64,000 bases of DNA from Mytilus trossulus (Eukaryota). Of this stretch, positions 50,701 to 63,896 are shown in pieces; within the stretch, counting starts at the first letter, position 1, and the number at the start of each line of letters is the position of its first letter. The position numbers were made by a program, and so were the translations under genes. The notes under the pieces are model-generated. The model worked only from the letters and a program-made list of their open reading frames with translations, ran no database searches and was not told the DNA's origin. The stretch spans positions 18,104,001-18,168,000 of the forward strand of contig NC_086377.1 of NCBI RefSeq assembly GCF_036588685.1, in the 5' to 3' direction.

Positions 50701-53700
50701 AACCATCTGAAAAATGACATATTTTGGCATATTTGATAGATTTTTCATATTTAAGCTTAAATCAGAGCATTTTTAAAGACTAAATCAGTTAAAATCTTTC
50801 AATCAAACTAATTGATTCAATTGTAATAGACATTTAGGTGTTTGAAAAGTGTCAAAATTTCATCAGATGAACCTGAAATTTGAGGCCAAAATCGGCCCTT
50901 ACTGAACCTACTCCTTTGACCTAAGGACAGTAATAACCTCCTTGAATTTATTTTTTATTGCGTAGCATGTTTCTTGAATAAAAGGTCAAAATATGCATTT
51001 GGTCTTGAACATGCTTATATCACTTTTTTTAAGTTTGGTCTTTCAAAACAGACAAACTTTTATCAACAGATTTTTTTAATTAAGGTGGTACCCAACACTT
51101 TCACTAAAATCAATTTGGCTCGTTTAATTTTCCTAAAATTTTGGACAATGTATTTACTTTGACCCTTGAACAAAATTATAAAACTTTCAAAAAATTGGAA
51201 CCAACCATTTTATCTGAAAAATTATACTGGTTATATAGCAGTTTGACAAACACTAATTTTGATCTTTGAGAAGCTTAATATTCCCTTAACAACACAATGT
51301 AATTAACTGATTTTACAGAGTTATCTCCCTGTAGTGTTAGGTACCACCTTAATAATCTGTATTGGAAAGTTTTTAAATATGATATCCCCTTTGAACCTTA
51401 ATATCAAATAAATTTGAACTGACGAACCCAGTTTGGCAAAAAGAATCATTAGTTTTTCTTAGCATTTTACACAAATTTAACGTTACAATGTCAACTACTG
51501 TAAATTCAAAAATTATTGCATGCACTTATTATTGCGATTTTATCATTTTAGACTTAAATGTGATTTTAATTTTGACGATTTTGAGAAAAATCCTGTTTAA
51601 TTCATACAAAATATTTCAAAATGCGAGTTTAAATTATTGTGTTTACAACTCTGTTGCATTTTTTCGGAATAATAAAAACATTGCAATAATTTCTGAATTT
51701 ACAGTATTGAAAAAAAATAATTCTTGACACGTGAATAAGCTGACTTAATTAGCCATATCTTACCTTAGTAAAAAAAGGTGTGATAAATACGAAGAAAATA
51801 TCATACAGGAATAACAGTATCAGTAATATTGAACAGATCTGTAAAAAATAAATAAACATTCAATTCTAACTCATGATCTTAATAGTACAAGATGTATTCA
51901 AAATGTATTTTAGTTTATAAATGTATAGAAGACACAGGTTTCCATAATATAAGTTGAAGAGTTTTTTTATATTTGCTTTTTGATTGACAGCTTACACATG
52001 AGGGCTCTTCCATTAAAATGCAAGTGGTAAGGTAGGAAAAGAAGGTCAATTATTGAATGGGGGTCACAGGTCTTTTTTCAGTATATGTCTATTACCATTA
52101 TGCAAAATTATCTAAAAATGGTTCTTAGTTGTAGGGATACTTTGGAAATTCCTACACGCCCACATAAATTCTAATGGAATAGCCCTCATCAAATTAATAT
52201 ATTAAGCCTTTTGCATTTAAATGTTCTTACTTCATTAATTCTGAAAATAGTTTAAATTTACTTTCATGAGTAAACACCTTTTTGTCAAGGATACTTATCC
52301 AATATATACTAAACACAGGGTCAAACACAATGTACAATTAAACAAATTTTTGATGATGGAAACTTTTGAAAAAATGGATTAAATATATACCAGCTTTTGT
52401 ACATACTCACCTTTAAATTGGGTACTTGGATAGTTTTAAGCATGTTGATACAGAAAGCCAAACCTAATATATCTTGTAATACCCAAGCATAGCTGGAAAA
52501 TATTGGAGCACATTAAATTCATACAAAAAGTAAAAATGTTATCATAAATCAATTGTTATATAAATAATTGGACTTCAATTTCATGAAAAACTAACTCGAC
52601 CAAAAACTTTAACCTAAAGCAGACAGACAGACCAAAGAACGAACATCAATCGATTGGACGGACAAACAAACAAAAACACAGACCATAAAACATAATGCTG
52701 CTAGGTAGGTCATACAATCATGCATTGTAAATTTTAATAGCATTATTGGTATACAACTTTAGTTAAAATCCCAATTATAAATCCCTCATTGATGTTCACC
52801 AAAGGCACAATAAATGCATGCAGATCAAATGTATTCGTTCATAGTGTATTAATTTATGTTTTTGATAGAGTTGAGCCTGCCAATTGATATTTTATCGTGT
52901 GTTTTTCTATGTTGTGATGTTATGCTATTGTTTCAGAAAAAGGGAGAAGGTTTGGAGCCGTTAAAACGTTTAATCCTGCTGCAAATGTTTGCACCTGTCC
53001 TAAGTCAGGAATCTGATGTACAGTAGTTGTCATTTGTTTATGTAATTTATACGTGTTTCATGTTTCTTTTTTTTTTATATATAGATTAGATTGTATGTTT
53101 TCCCGTTTGAATGGTTTTACACTAGTAATTTTGGGGCCCTTTATAGCTTGTTGTTAGGTGTGAGCCAAGGCTCTGTGTTGAAGGCCGTACATTGACCTAT
53201 AATGGTTTACTTTTTTTAAATTGTTATTTGGATGGAGAGTTGTCTGATTGGCACTCACACTACATCTTCCTATATCTACTAACGATTCTTGGCTTTACAA
53301 TAATAGTCTTTGTAAAAATCCTATAATAACTTTTTTAAAACATTATCTTGTTTTTTTACCTTTCATGTCGTTCTACAGCCCAAACAATGGCAAAGGTTAA
53401 ACATAAGGCATATAATATCAAATTCTTGACCTCTAACTGACTCTTACAGCATGGTAACTTTGGTGTACTACAATATAGAAATAACAAACATATAGCATTG
53501 TTTTGTTTGAGGCGTTCAAGATTTTTACATATAGGATTAAGGGCATGGTATGTACTTTTATTATATCATAATTCAATCATGAATAATATATAGTTTCATT
53601 ATACTTATACTTCTTTAGAAATTTTTATAGATACTGTGGATTCATTATAATTGTTGGATACCAATTTTCATGGGTTTCGTGGGTACAGGTGAACCACGAA

Positions 53701-56700
53701 TTCATATGTTCAACGAATTACAAATTTTGCGATAGGCTTTGTACACAGAAATCAATATACCACGAATTCAAGTATCCACGAAAATGCAATGTTTCCTCAA
53801 TCCATGAAAATAAATGAATCCACAGTAATGCAAACATACCCCATTTTATTCACTTGAATACTGTCATTTGTAATTATGTCCTTGGGTTGTGAAATCATTG
53901 ACATGGACCTCAAATCTCCTTTTATTCATATTGTAACTGAAAAGAAACATTTAAGCTTCCATATTCTTTAAGTGCCTGTCTCAAGTCACGAGTTGTCTTT
54001 AATTGGTTCATGTTTGCTATATTTGATTGACATAAAATTATTTTGATATATATATAGATTCTACCACTGCATCGAGTGTGATACGATATTTATCCACTCG
54101 AGACATTTAAATTTTCAAATTTAAAACGTGAGGCCTGCCGAGCGTTTTTAATATTTAAATTTTTTTTGTCGAGAGTGGATAAATATGTTATCACACGAGA
54201 TTTGGTGGTAGAATCTGTTTCTCTAATGATTTTCAAGCAATATGCAGGCAAACTTATTCTTTCTTTGCGATTGATCTGCAAAAAGATGTGTTCTTTCTAT
54301 GTGATGTCATCAGATATGGTCGCCTTTTTTCATGCCGTCACAATAGGAAATTCAGAGGAAAACAAGAAAAGTCGATGTCACAATCGGATTTTAACCAATG
54401 AAGAACTGAGATCAAACGAACCACAGAACCACATGTTGATTAAAATTTTTTATACAATTTGTGCAGAAAGGAATAAATTGACGAAGAATTATAGAAACAA
54501 TATATATATAATTATATAAAAGGGATGCCTTTGTCTTTTTCAAAATTATGTCCATGGGTTGTTAACTCATTGACATACTTCCAATCTCCTTTTATTTATA
54601 TTGTAGTCAAAAGAAAAAATTGGCTTAAACAAATTTATACCTTGTTCTTATAGGAATATATTTCCAGACTGGCTGTATACAATAATACAGTCCCATACTT
54701 CCAGCTATACAGAACAAACTAATGATAACATATACTGAAAAATATAATATAGTCATCAATGGTCAGACATACAAAACAAACAATTGCTGAAAGAAAAAGA
54801 TAAGTATAAAACAGCTATACAAAATTGTTATATCATAACAAAAACTAATATAAAACTAGAATTGCCATTGCAAGCAATAGCGGATGTCACCCTTCCCCAA
54901 TTGCCACTAAGCAGCAGCCATTTCAAAATGGTTTAACAGTGAATGCATATATATGCATGGCAATACATATTTTAACAAAAAAAATTCTAGTACATTCAGA
55001 GCCTTTTAAAAAATTTCAGATTTCTTCCGTTTCCATGGCAACAGCAGTCATTTTGAAAATTTCAAGTCAAAAGTCTCATCTTTACTTGCCAGTTCACAAT
55101 AATATTAAGTTCAAAGCATTTTGAGATTTTTTACTTTTTTTGCAGTTTCCATGGCAACGGTGGCCATTTTGGAAATTCCAACTTCAAAAGTCTCATCCAG
55201 ACTTGCCAGTCAACAATCATATTAAGTTTCATCAATTTTGGAGCATTTTTAAATTTTTGAAATATTTGATCCTGTATCCATGGTAACATAGTAGTTCCAA
55301 TGATTGTCAAAATCTTTCAAAATCTGTATATAGTGGACAAATATATTGCATGAAAATTTGATGATTTTAAGTTCAAGCGTACCAAAGTTATTCACCAAAC
55401 CATGATGTTTTTTGAGCATTTTGACGTTTTTGCATTGTTTCCATGGAAACGGCAGACATTTTGGAAATTCCAACGTCAAATTCCACATCTATCAAAGTTG
55501 CTCATCGTTATGCTGAAGTTTCCAAAAATTTGGAGCATTTTGATATTTTTGAAATTTTTGGTGTGGTTTCCATGTCCACATAGTAGTTCCAATGTTTGCC
55601 AAAATCATCCAAAACCAGTATATGGCCGGCACCTACATTGTATCAAAATATTATGATTCCGAGTTTAAGCATCTCCAAAATATTCACCAAAACCAAAAAC
55701 TGGAATTTTTCACAATTGTTCTGTTTCCATGGAAACGGCAGCCATTTTTTATGGTCTTAGACCCTACAGCAATCCGAAATTTTGTGTTCCACCTTATAGT
55801 GAACTATCATAAAGATTGGTTCCATTTTACTGGAAAAAACATGCCGGACAAAATAGGTGGAAGTATAATAATAATACAGAAAAAGAAACAGAGGAAAAGC
55901 AATATGTCACCCGACATTGTCGATCGGGTGACATAATAAGCACTTTAAAAATGAAAGGCCTCTAATACTTTTTAGCAAAAGATATGATAGTGTTATAGTG
56001 CCTTCTATATATATATTTAGAACTTACAAGCTTTTTATTCCTAAGATTATTTCATGAAAAGAGCCCCTAGAATGTGGTCCCATATGTATTTTTTGATTAA
56101 TGGAACAGTCTACACAAAACAGCGGTAACTTCCTCTTTGCAACGCTACCTTGACTATAACCCCTGCAACGAACTCCCAAAGTTTGTATTAGATTTTTTTA
56201 AACATTCTTGGGGGGAAAAAATGTGTTCAATTTATTTTTATTTGTATGGGGTTCAATACCATACAATTGATTGAATGTAGATTTTTAAGACTATAATGTA
56301 AGCTTTTTGAGAAAATGTTATTTTAAACTGGAAATATATCTTGGTGTACGATTCTTGAATATAAATCTCAAAACCAATAAAAGAGACAATCTGGAATGTT
56401 AATTGTCAGTTGTATCCATAATTAACACTGCAACTTAATAAATTTCTACAATTTTCTGGTAGGGTTTGGAAAAAGTACCATATTCCATGTGATGTCTAGT
56501 AGGTAAGACTTTTCAGATTTGTGGATATTTTACCGGCACCACCAAAAACTCCATTTTGTCCCCTCTTTTATCAATTTTCGAGCCCTAAATTTGTCTTTTA
56601 GATATGTAAGATACTGAATAATTGTGTCCATATTTCATTGTACTTTGATAAATATACAGTGTATTTTGCTTTATCCAAAACACTAGGGGGACCAGAAAAA

Positions 56701-59700
56701 TATTGCATAAAGCAAGGTGTTGGTTAAAACTGGATGTTATAATACTCAGGTTTCCGATTAGTTAGGTTACACAGTACAATTAAAAAGCATCCATTTCCTA
56801 CTACGATTCCTTGATATATATTGATACCTGTACTACTCCAATGTTATCATCCTTAGACCTTACCTAGATAGTCATAAAAGAAGTACAGCAGTACTAAGAA
56901 AGAACAGACTACATTTAGAGTTTTTTTAGACTACCTCAATCTTATCATCCTTACCTAGATAGTCATAAAAGAAGAACAGCAGCACTAAGAAAGCACAGAC
57001 TAGGACAAAGAAGACAATAACAGCTGGTACAGTAATGTCTAGATGTTCTTCATCATCTTTTTCATCATCAGTTTCATCTTTTCCCTGATCTGATGATTGT
57101 ACATATTTCTTCTCTCTTTTCTTTTTTTCTTTTTCTTCTTGTTTTTTCTGCCTATTAATCAATGATAAAGGCAAAATTAAGTTACTTTATACATAAAGCA
57201 ATCAAATAAAAAAGCCTGCTTAAGATCATCTTATATTTGAATTAGAGTTTGCCTTCTTTTGTATGTATCTATGTTGTATACTGAAAATTAATTTAAATTT
57301 ACAAATTGTGGGAGGTGTTTGTTGTTGTGTATGCATTTTTGTAAATAAAATTGAGAATGGAAATGGAAATGTGTCAAAAAGACAACAATTTGACCAAAGA
57401 GTAGAAAACAGCCAAAAACCATCAATGGGTCTTCAATACATCAAAAAAATCCCCCTCAACTGGCCCTAAATAAAAATGTGTACTAGCTCCGTGAAAATGA
57501 TTGTCATTATAAAACTCTACAAAAGTTTGTGTGTACTTCTATGTATATATATGTGGTTTTAGTTTAGTCCAAAAATTAATAATTCATTGCATTATTCATC
57601 TTTATAAGCAAATCCAGAAAATTGTCAGTTCTTCTACCGCCAGGAAATAGCACAAAAGTGTTGAAAGTGGTGTCAAACACAAATCAATCATTTAATTATA
57701 ATGATATAGCCCTCACAAGTATGGTCACGACGGTCAGATCATATGATTTCGTACTACGCATGCTTTTTCTATGGAAATTGTGACATCACAACGTATACTT
57801 AATAGTATGAAAACCCATGAAACCAGGATATATGTTATTTTAAGATTTTACCTCTCCATCACTGTAAGCCCTGACCAGAATCCTCCAACAGCAACACATA
57901 CAACAGCCAGCAGAAATATTACCACCATACATGGATCAAATATTTTTTCTGATACTTCTGGAGCATAAATCATCAACTCTACAGTCTTCCCAAGTTTCTG
58001 GAAAAATAAATAAGGACTTATCAATAACAAATAAGAAATAAATGAAACTTGCATACTGTGAATTCATAATTATTTGTGGGATAATATTTTTAAGTATTTC
58101 ACGGGTACAAATTTACATCAAATTTGAATACTGAAAAAAGTACACATTTTCTATAGGAGTAAAATTTAATGCAGATCATTTCAAATCAACAAAATGAAGT
58201 ATTAATTGCAATTGCAATGATTGCATTAATTACATTAGATTTTTATATTTTTCAAGAATTTACAATAATAAATGCACACATTAATTTCCTGAATTTTCAG
58301 CATACAAATTTTAGTGCCAACAATTCGTTTACTAAAACTGATTCCCATGAACATGATGAAGAATTATAAAAATTTAGCCTGATCTTTTTCATGTTTCTAT
58401 AATCTTTGTATAATATATAACTTACCTGTATTTTGATGAAGTCTGACTTGAGCATTGTTCCCGATGGTATGGTAAATCTATGTATATCTGATGTCTGGTT
58501 AATTCCAGGGGAAACCTATAGTGACATAGAGCAAAATTATCAATGATAAAAAAAAAAAATTTTTTAAAAATAAAATTTTAAAATTTTAAAAAAAATTATC
58601 AATGTTGATCAACACTTTTCAATTCCACAACTGCTGATTCTAATTTTTGTGAATTTCGTGGCTAAAGGTTAAATATAAATTTGAATGTTCAATGAATGAC
58701 AAATGTTCTATTGCAATATGTAGGTATCTACATTTGAAAATGCCTGTACCAAGTCAGGAATATGACAGTTCTTGTCCATTCGTTTTTGATGCGTTTTGTT
58801 TTTTGATTTTGCCATGTGATTATGGACTTTCCAAATTGATTTTCCTCTGAGTTCAGTATTTTTGTGATTTAACTTTTTTGTATGTAGGCATACTTTAAAG
58901 TATTGGTTTTGCTCATTGTTGAAGGCAGTATCATGACTATACAGGAATATAGTTTCTTAAAATACCTTTAATTTGGAATTTGAGTGGATAGTTAAGATAA
59001 TTTTAATGTTTCTCCTTATCTCATACTAAGTATGACAAATTATTTCTGCAATCATGCAATCTTTTCCCATGGCAAAGTTAAAGCATAATTTAGATAGAAA
59101 TTGATGTATCAAATGGCTAAGAAATTTAATAAATACACTTAAATTAATCCATCTACCATTCTTCTAGACAAAAAAAGTACCCAAAATTTTTTTTTTAAAA
59201 TAAATGAGCACATACATATGAACTTGATACAACTATGACAGCTTTAGCCTGGTGTTGCTGTGCCATGTCTGTTTTCTCTACAAAAGTACAGTTGCCCCTA
59301 GCAACAGCCACAATTTTGTTGAGTGCACTTCCACCATCATACAGGCCGCTGTCATCACATCCATAATCTGGTGTGAAATCTTTGAATAATCCTCGAATCT
59401 GGAATAAACATTTAAAATTAGAAAATTGAAAAAGTCAGATTTCCTGGAGTTATTTAGGTTACTAGCAATAGGATACTATGTCACTAGTGATATGATTTCA
59501 TGGTCTCAAAATCTTTAAATACCAGATTAGTCAAATGATATGTTGCCTACCTGTTCACCTTTTAACAATCTAAAAGACTATGGGGATCTAATCTTCATGT
59601 CATTGGTTCAATTTTCTTTCTTTTGTACATTTCAGTCATACTATTTAGGTGTATGCTTTCGAAAATTTAAGCCATAATTCATTAGGTTCTGAAATGCTGT

Positions 59701-62700
59701 ATTATGTCATTTTCAAATTTTGACATTTGACTGAGTTTGGATTTGTATGATTGAGAATGTATGCTTAGAAAGAGGAAAGGCTTACCCTGATAAATGGATA
59801 AAATCTTATCTGTCTTAAAGACTACAAGAAGTTCAATACGCAAATATTAAATCTGATAAATAAATGTTTGTAAAATATGGAGTGCCTTTATAAGGTTCTG
59901 TTTTAGGTCCTATATTATTTTAATTTGTATCAATGATTTAGTACTTTATGTTAGACAATCCAAAATGGTAATGATTCAACAATGCAATTTCAAGAGAAGA
60001 AAAAAAAAATTAACAGCATATTGCAGCATGATTTCAACGCTGTACAATCTTGGTGAAACAATAATCAAGAGAATGAAAATTAATGCACATAAAACTAGGT
60101 GTATGAAAATAATTACAAAAACTCGTGCAACTTTCAGAATAAAAATGATACAAAACACATACCTCAGAGTGTATTGTGAATGTTCATTACTTGTAATTAA
60201 TATTGGAATTGACATTGATGAAAATTTAAGCTGGGAAGAACATGTAATTTGTATTATGATGTAAGATAATGTTATCTAAATGTACCACTTCATAGTTTTG
60301 TAAGAATGTTATTATTAATTTGATTAGGAAGTACTATATCATGTATATGTATTCTTGTAGATTGGATACACTGTTAATTTGTGTTAAGATAGCACTTAAT
60401 TATATATATAAGATTTAAAAAATCATAATATCATGTTAATCATATATGAATATTAGTAATTTATATTATTGCATCTCTAGCAATATAATATTAACCACAT
60501 ATATAAAGTAACCAAAAGTAAGCCTGCAATAAATTCGAATATTATTGCACAAGTGCAATAAATCATGAAAATTCATGACGTCATCAAAAACAAAATTTTT
60601 GTATAAACCAATTTTTACTTTCAAATAATATATTGCTATACAATAAAAGGGTTATTGCATGAATATTGGGGAATATCGTCCCTCGTAACTCATAAACTGG
60701 TGCAATATAAAATTCTACTCTGGACAATATTACCCAATACTCATGCAATAACCCTATATTATTGCAACCAGCGCTAATCATACTAGCCATTCGCACAGAG
60801 TAAACAAAGTTATATTTTGTTGAGGCACCCACAGGAACCTTCCGAGAATGCTGCCATCAACCACTAGAAAAGAAATAGATAATAACGGACCATCTTAACC
60901 TAAAACGAGCCTTAAGGAGGAAAAGAACAGTGATAGGAAATTGTTTTTCTCTAATAGAATTCATTTGAAATTAAATGCACCCGATTTCGTATTCTTCAAA
61001 TTCAATCTGATGCTCCCTAAAATATGTTAATCAAACATACAACCCTCGAGATACAACCATTTTTACAGATAACCGCGGCCATTCCCGATAGTTTGATGAA
61101 CGAACACATAGTTAAAATTCAACATAGACTAGTGATATTTATACTTTGTCCTTTACTCTCAGCGACCGAAACATTTTACAGCATTCCTGACGCGATTGGA
61201 AGCAGTACCTCTGGCCAAGGGAAGCCAGTCGAAATGGTACGGAATTGCTGATAAAATGTCGTCTATTTTGGGGAAGAAAGTTAACAGAACACTCAGACCA
61301 CACAACCTATACAGTCTATACACAGCCTGACAACTTATTGTATTATTCCTTCCACGATGCAAGAGGACAAACACATGTTGGCAGAATAATTTTAACAAAC
61401 ATTTTCACAACAAAAACACTTTATTTTTTTAATTTCTTTTTATAGTTTATTTACATACTTACAATGAACTTTCACTTTCACTTTCAGTACGTTGCTATTA
61501 ATAACGTTACTTACGATTGCAACATTGTGACGTTTAAATTTTAACAACCCGATTTTGTACTTCAACATGATTTTATGTATTGTTTTTATCCTGATGACGG
61601 TGCCCTAGGCACCGAAACATGTCGATCAATAAATTTATGCAGCAGTCCGTAAAGTGTTGTTGTTATAAGACTCTCTACATCCTATATTATTGTATAGCAA
61701 TATAATATTTCCAACAGAAAGTAACCAAAAGTTAGCGTGCAATAAATTCTATTATTGCACTAGTGCAATAAATCGTCAAAATTCATGACGTCAGCAACGT
61801 CAAAATCTTAGTGTAAACCAATTTTTACTCTCAAATATTATATTGCTATACAATAAAAGGGTTTTTGCATGAATATTGGGGAATATTGTCCCTCGTAGAG
61901 CATATATTGCACTCGCAAGCTCGTGCAATATAAAATTCTACTCGGGACAATATTCCCCAATATTCATGCAATAACCCTATATTATAACATTAATGCTGAC
62001 ACAGACATGTCATATATATCTATATTTTTTCTGTTCGTTGTATAAGGTTGTTTTTTTAGAGTCACGCCATGAGTTATACATAACACATGTCTGAGAGGGT
62101 GATAAGCAGATTCTTACCCCAAGAAAACATTGTCAACCAAGATGAAGTCTAATCATTCTCTCAGATATACATTTTGGTGTTGTATATATGTGTTATAATA
62201 ATATAATTATTAATATCTTTAATTTGAAAATTGAAATCAATTTACTAACAGTATTAAGTCTTGTGTATGAGACAGTATGACTACCATCCATATTTATTAA
62301 AGCACAGGACTGATTTAGCTTCTTTCTTAAGGTAACACATACATGACATACATGTATCACACAAAAGGTCAATCTGTCAAAAAACCTTAAAATAAGCCTT
62401 TTCATACAGATGTATATTGTCCTGATTGTATACATATTTTTTTATGTAAATCCTTAAAGTTGAACTATTTCTGTTTCACACATTTATATACATATCTATG
62501 TTAATCATCAAAGTTAAACTTTTTCTGATGTAAAAAATATTTGTTAAAACAAAATATTATGTTCAACTGCATGAACTGTATTCAATTTATATAATACTGA
62601 ATAAAATAGAAATATAATGCATTTCTATTTAACAAGTTTAAGATTTGAAGCTTCTTATAATCATATAGATATAGGAAGATGTGGTGTGAGTGCCAATGAG

Positions 62701-63251
62701 ACAACTCTCCATCCAAACAACAATTCAAAAATTAAACCATTATAGGTTAAAGTACGGCCTTCAACACGGAGCCTTGGCTCATGATAATTTCAATTGGAAA
62801 GTTAAAAACTTGACTGAAGCACAACTTATTTATAATAATATATGAACTTACAGCATATTTTTCCTCTGTAGGAAGAGGATTCTGTACACTGAGGTATTGA
62901 GGATTATAGTTCAGACAGATAGGATCTGACCATTCTGTTTTTCCTTCCTGTCTTCCCTATACCAATCCAATGTTATTTACTGATGCAGCTGCCTGTCGAG
63001 ACTTGTCTCATGACTTGTCTTATGTCGAGAATGTCTCATTTGCAATCATACCACATACTCATTTCATTATACACAAACAAAAAAGTGTATCATGTGACCT
63101 AATAACTTACGGCATATTTTTCCTCTGTAGGAAGAGGATTCTGTACACTGAGGTATTGAGGATTATAGTTCAGACAGATAGGATCTGACCATTCTGTTTT
63201 TCCTTCCTGTCTTCCGTATACCAATCCAATGTTATTTGCTGATGCAGCTGC
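41731..63251 (-). CDS. SPPL2: Signal peptide peptidase-like 2 (SPPL2A/B-like GxGD intramembrane aspartyl protease); 14 exons and 553 aa in window, 5' incomplete
   Basis: Exons 63251..63111, 59398..59216 (PA domain, RGNCTF), 58515..58426, 57997..57852, 57151..56955, 54734..54641, 53467..53360, 52492..52411 (WVLQDILG), 51838..51764 (LYDIFFVFITP), 47172..47113, 45853..45754 (LGFGDVIVPG), 43450..43373, 42444..42284 (GQPALLYLVP) and 41877..41731. All GT-AG and phase-consistent. No signal-peptide exon found in the window. Confidence 0.95.
50338..50917. mobile_element. MITE (~580 bp) with AAAGGAGTAGGT TIRs
   Basis: AAAGGAGTAGGTCCAG ... CTGAACCTACTCCTTT. Confidence 0.75.
51496..51706. mobile_element. 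TA-flanked MITE
   Basis: TIRs TACTGTAAATTCAAAAATTATTGC / GCAATAATTTCTGAATTTACAGTA. Confidence 0.85.
53632..53827. mobile_element. TA-flanked MITE
   Basis: TIRs TACTGTGGATTCATT / AATGAATCCACAGTA; internal CCACGAA repeats. Confidence 0.85.
54056..54216. repeat. Long imperfect foldback palindrome
   Basis: AGATTCTACCAC...GTGTGATA..ATATTTATCCACTC pairs with GAGTGGATAAATAT..TATCACAC...GTGGTAGAATCT around a GAGGCCTGCCGAG centre. Confidence 0.8.
54857..55937. mobile_element. Helentron-like non-autonomous element with internal GTTTCCATGG(C/A)AAC tandem repeats
   Basis: GATGTCACC near the left end; terminal hairpin ATGTCACCCGA...TCGGGTGACAT at ~55903-55934; repeated internal units. Confidence 0.65.
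59870..60250 (+). mobile_element. CR1/L2-type LINE RT remnant
   Basis: YGVP..GSVLGPILF..CINDL at ~59876-59940 and IGIDIDENLSWEEHV at ~60202-60246; frameshifted. Confidence 0.75.
60500..60762. mobile_element. Foldback-ended repeat (second copy ~61715-61985)
   Basis: Terminal hairpin AGGGTTATTGCATGAATATTGGGGAATA..GTCC / GGACAATATT.CCCAATA.TCATGCAATAACCCT at 60648-60755 and 61858-61978. Confidence 0.8.
61588..61626 (+). ncRNA. Minimal type I hammerhead ribozyme (Penelope pLTR-type)
   Basis: AUC CUGAUGA C GGUGCC-CUA-GGCACC GAAAC AU GUC^GAU, followed by AATAAA. Short palindromic stem III and 3-bp stem I. Confidence 0.8.
62852..62992 (-). pseudogene. Duplicated SPPL2 exon with premature stop (pseudo-exon)
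   Basis: 141-nt copy of exon 63251..63111 with 3 substitutions, including TAC>TAG at 62959..62957. Retains cag| and |gtaagt. Confidence 0.9.
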
Positions 63252-63896
63252 CTGAAAAATAATAGAAAAAGATAAAAATGTTATGACTTGATATGAAGTA
63301 TGAACGCAATGGATAACATCTGATGCAGATTCATTGCCACATCGTCCATGTCTTTGTGTAGTATCATGAATTTAATCCGGAAATTCCACACCATTTTTAA
63401 TACATTCCAACTGTGTAAAATCCTGTGGCAGTACGAGTACACAAAGAGAGATAACTCAAATTTTTGCATTTATCTCATTATAAAGCTAGGATTACAAATA
63501 CTGCTAGACTTACATGTATGCTGTGTTCACACATAATATGACTTTGATTTGCATTAACTAATTCGAATTACAATGCATGTCAAATTTCCCTTCACTGTCT
63601 GTATTACAAATGTTTCTAATGCAAATTGCATAATACAATTTAAAATGATTTAGCCAATTTGAACATGTTGAATCAATTTGAATTAAAAAAGAAAAGATTG
63701 TGAACATGATTAGCAAACTTGATTTGCATTCGATTTGAATTCAATTAGAATTAAATGTAAAATATTGTAAAAATAAAATTTATAAGTTCAAGAATCTTGA
63801 AATAAAAGAAATCCAAGCTTATAATTTACTTAATCGGTCGTCCCACTGTCTATATCACTCTGTTCAGCTCTTAATATTATTCCGTATTATGTCTTT

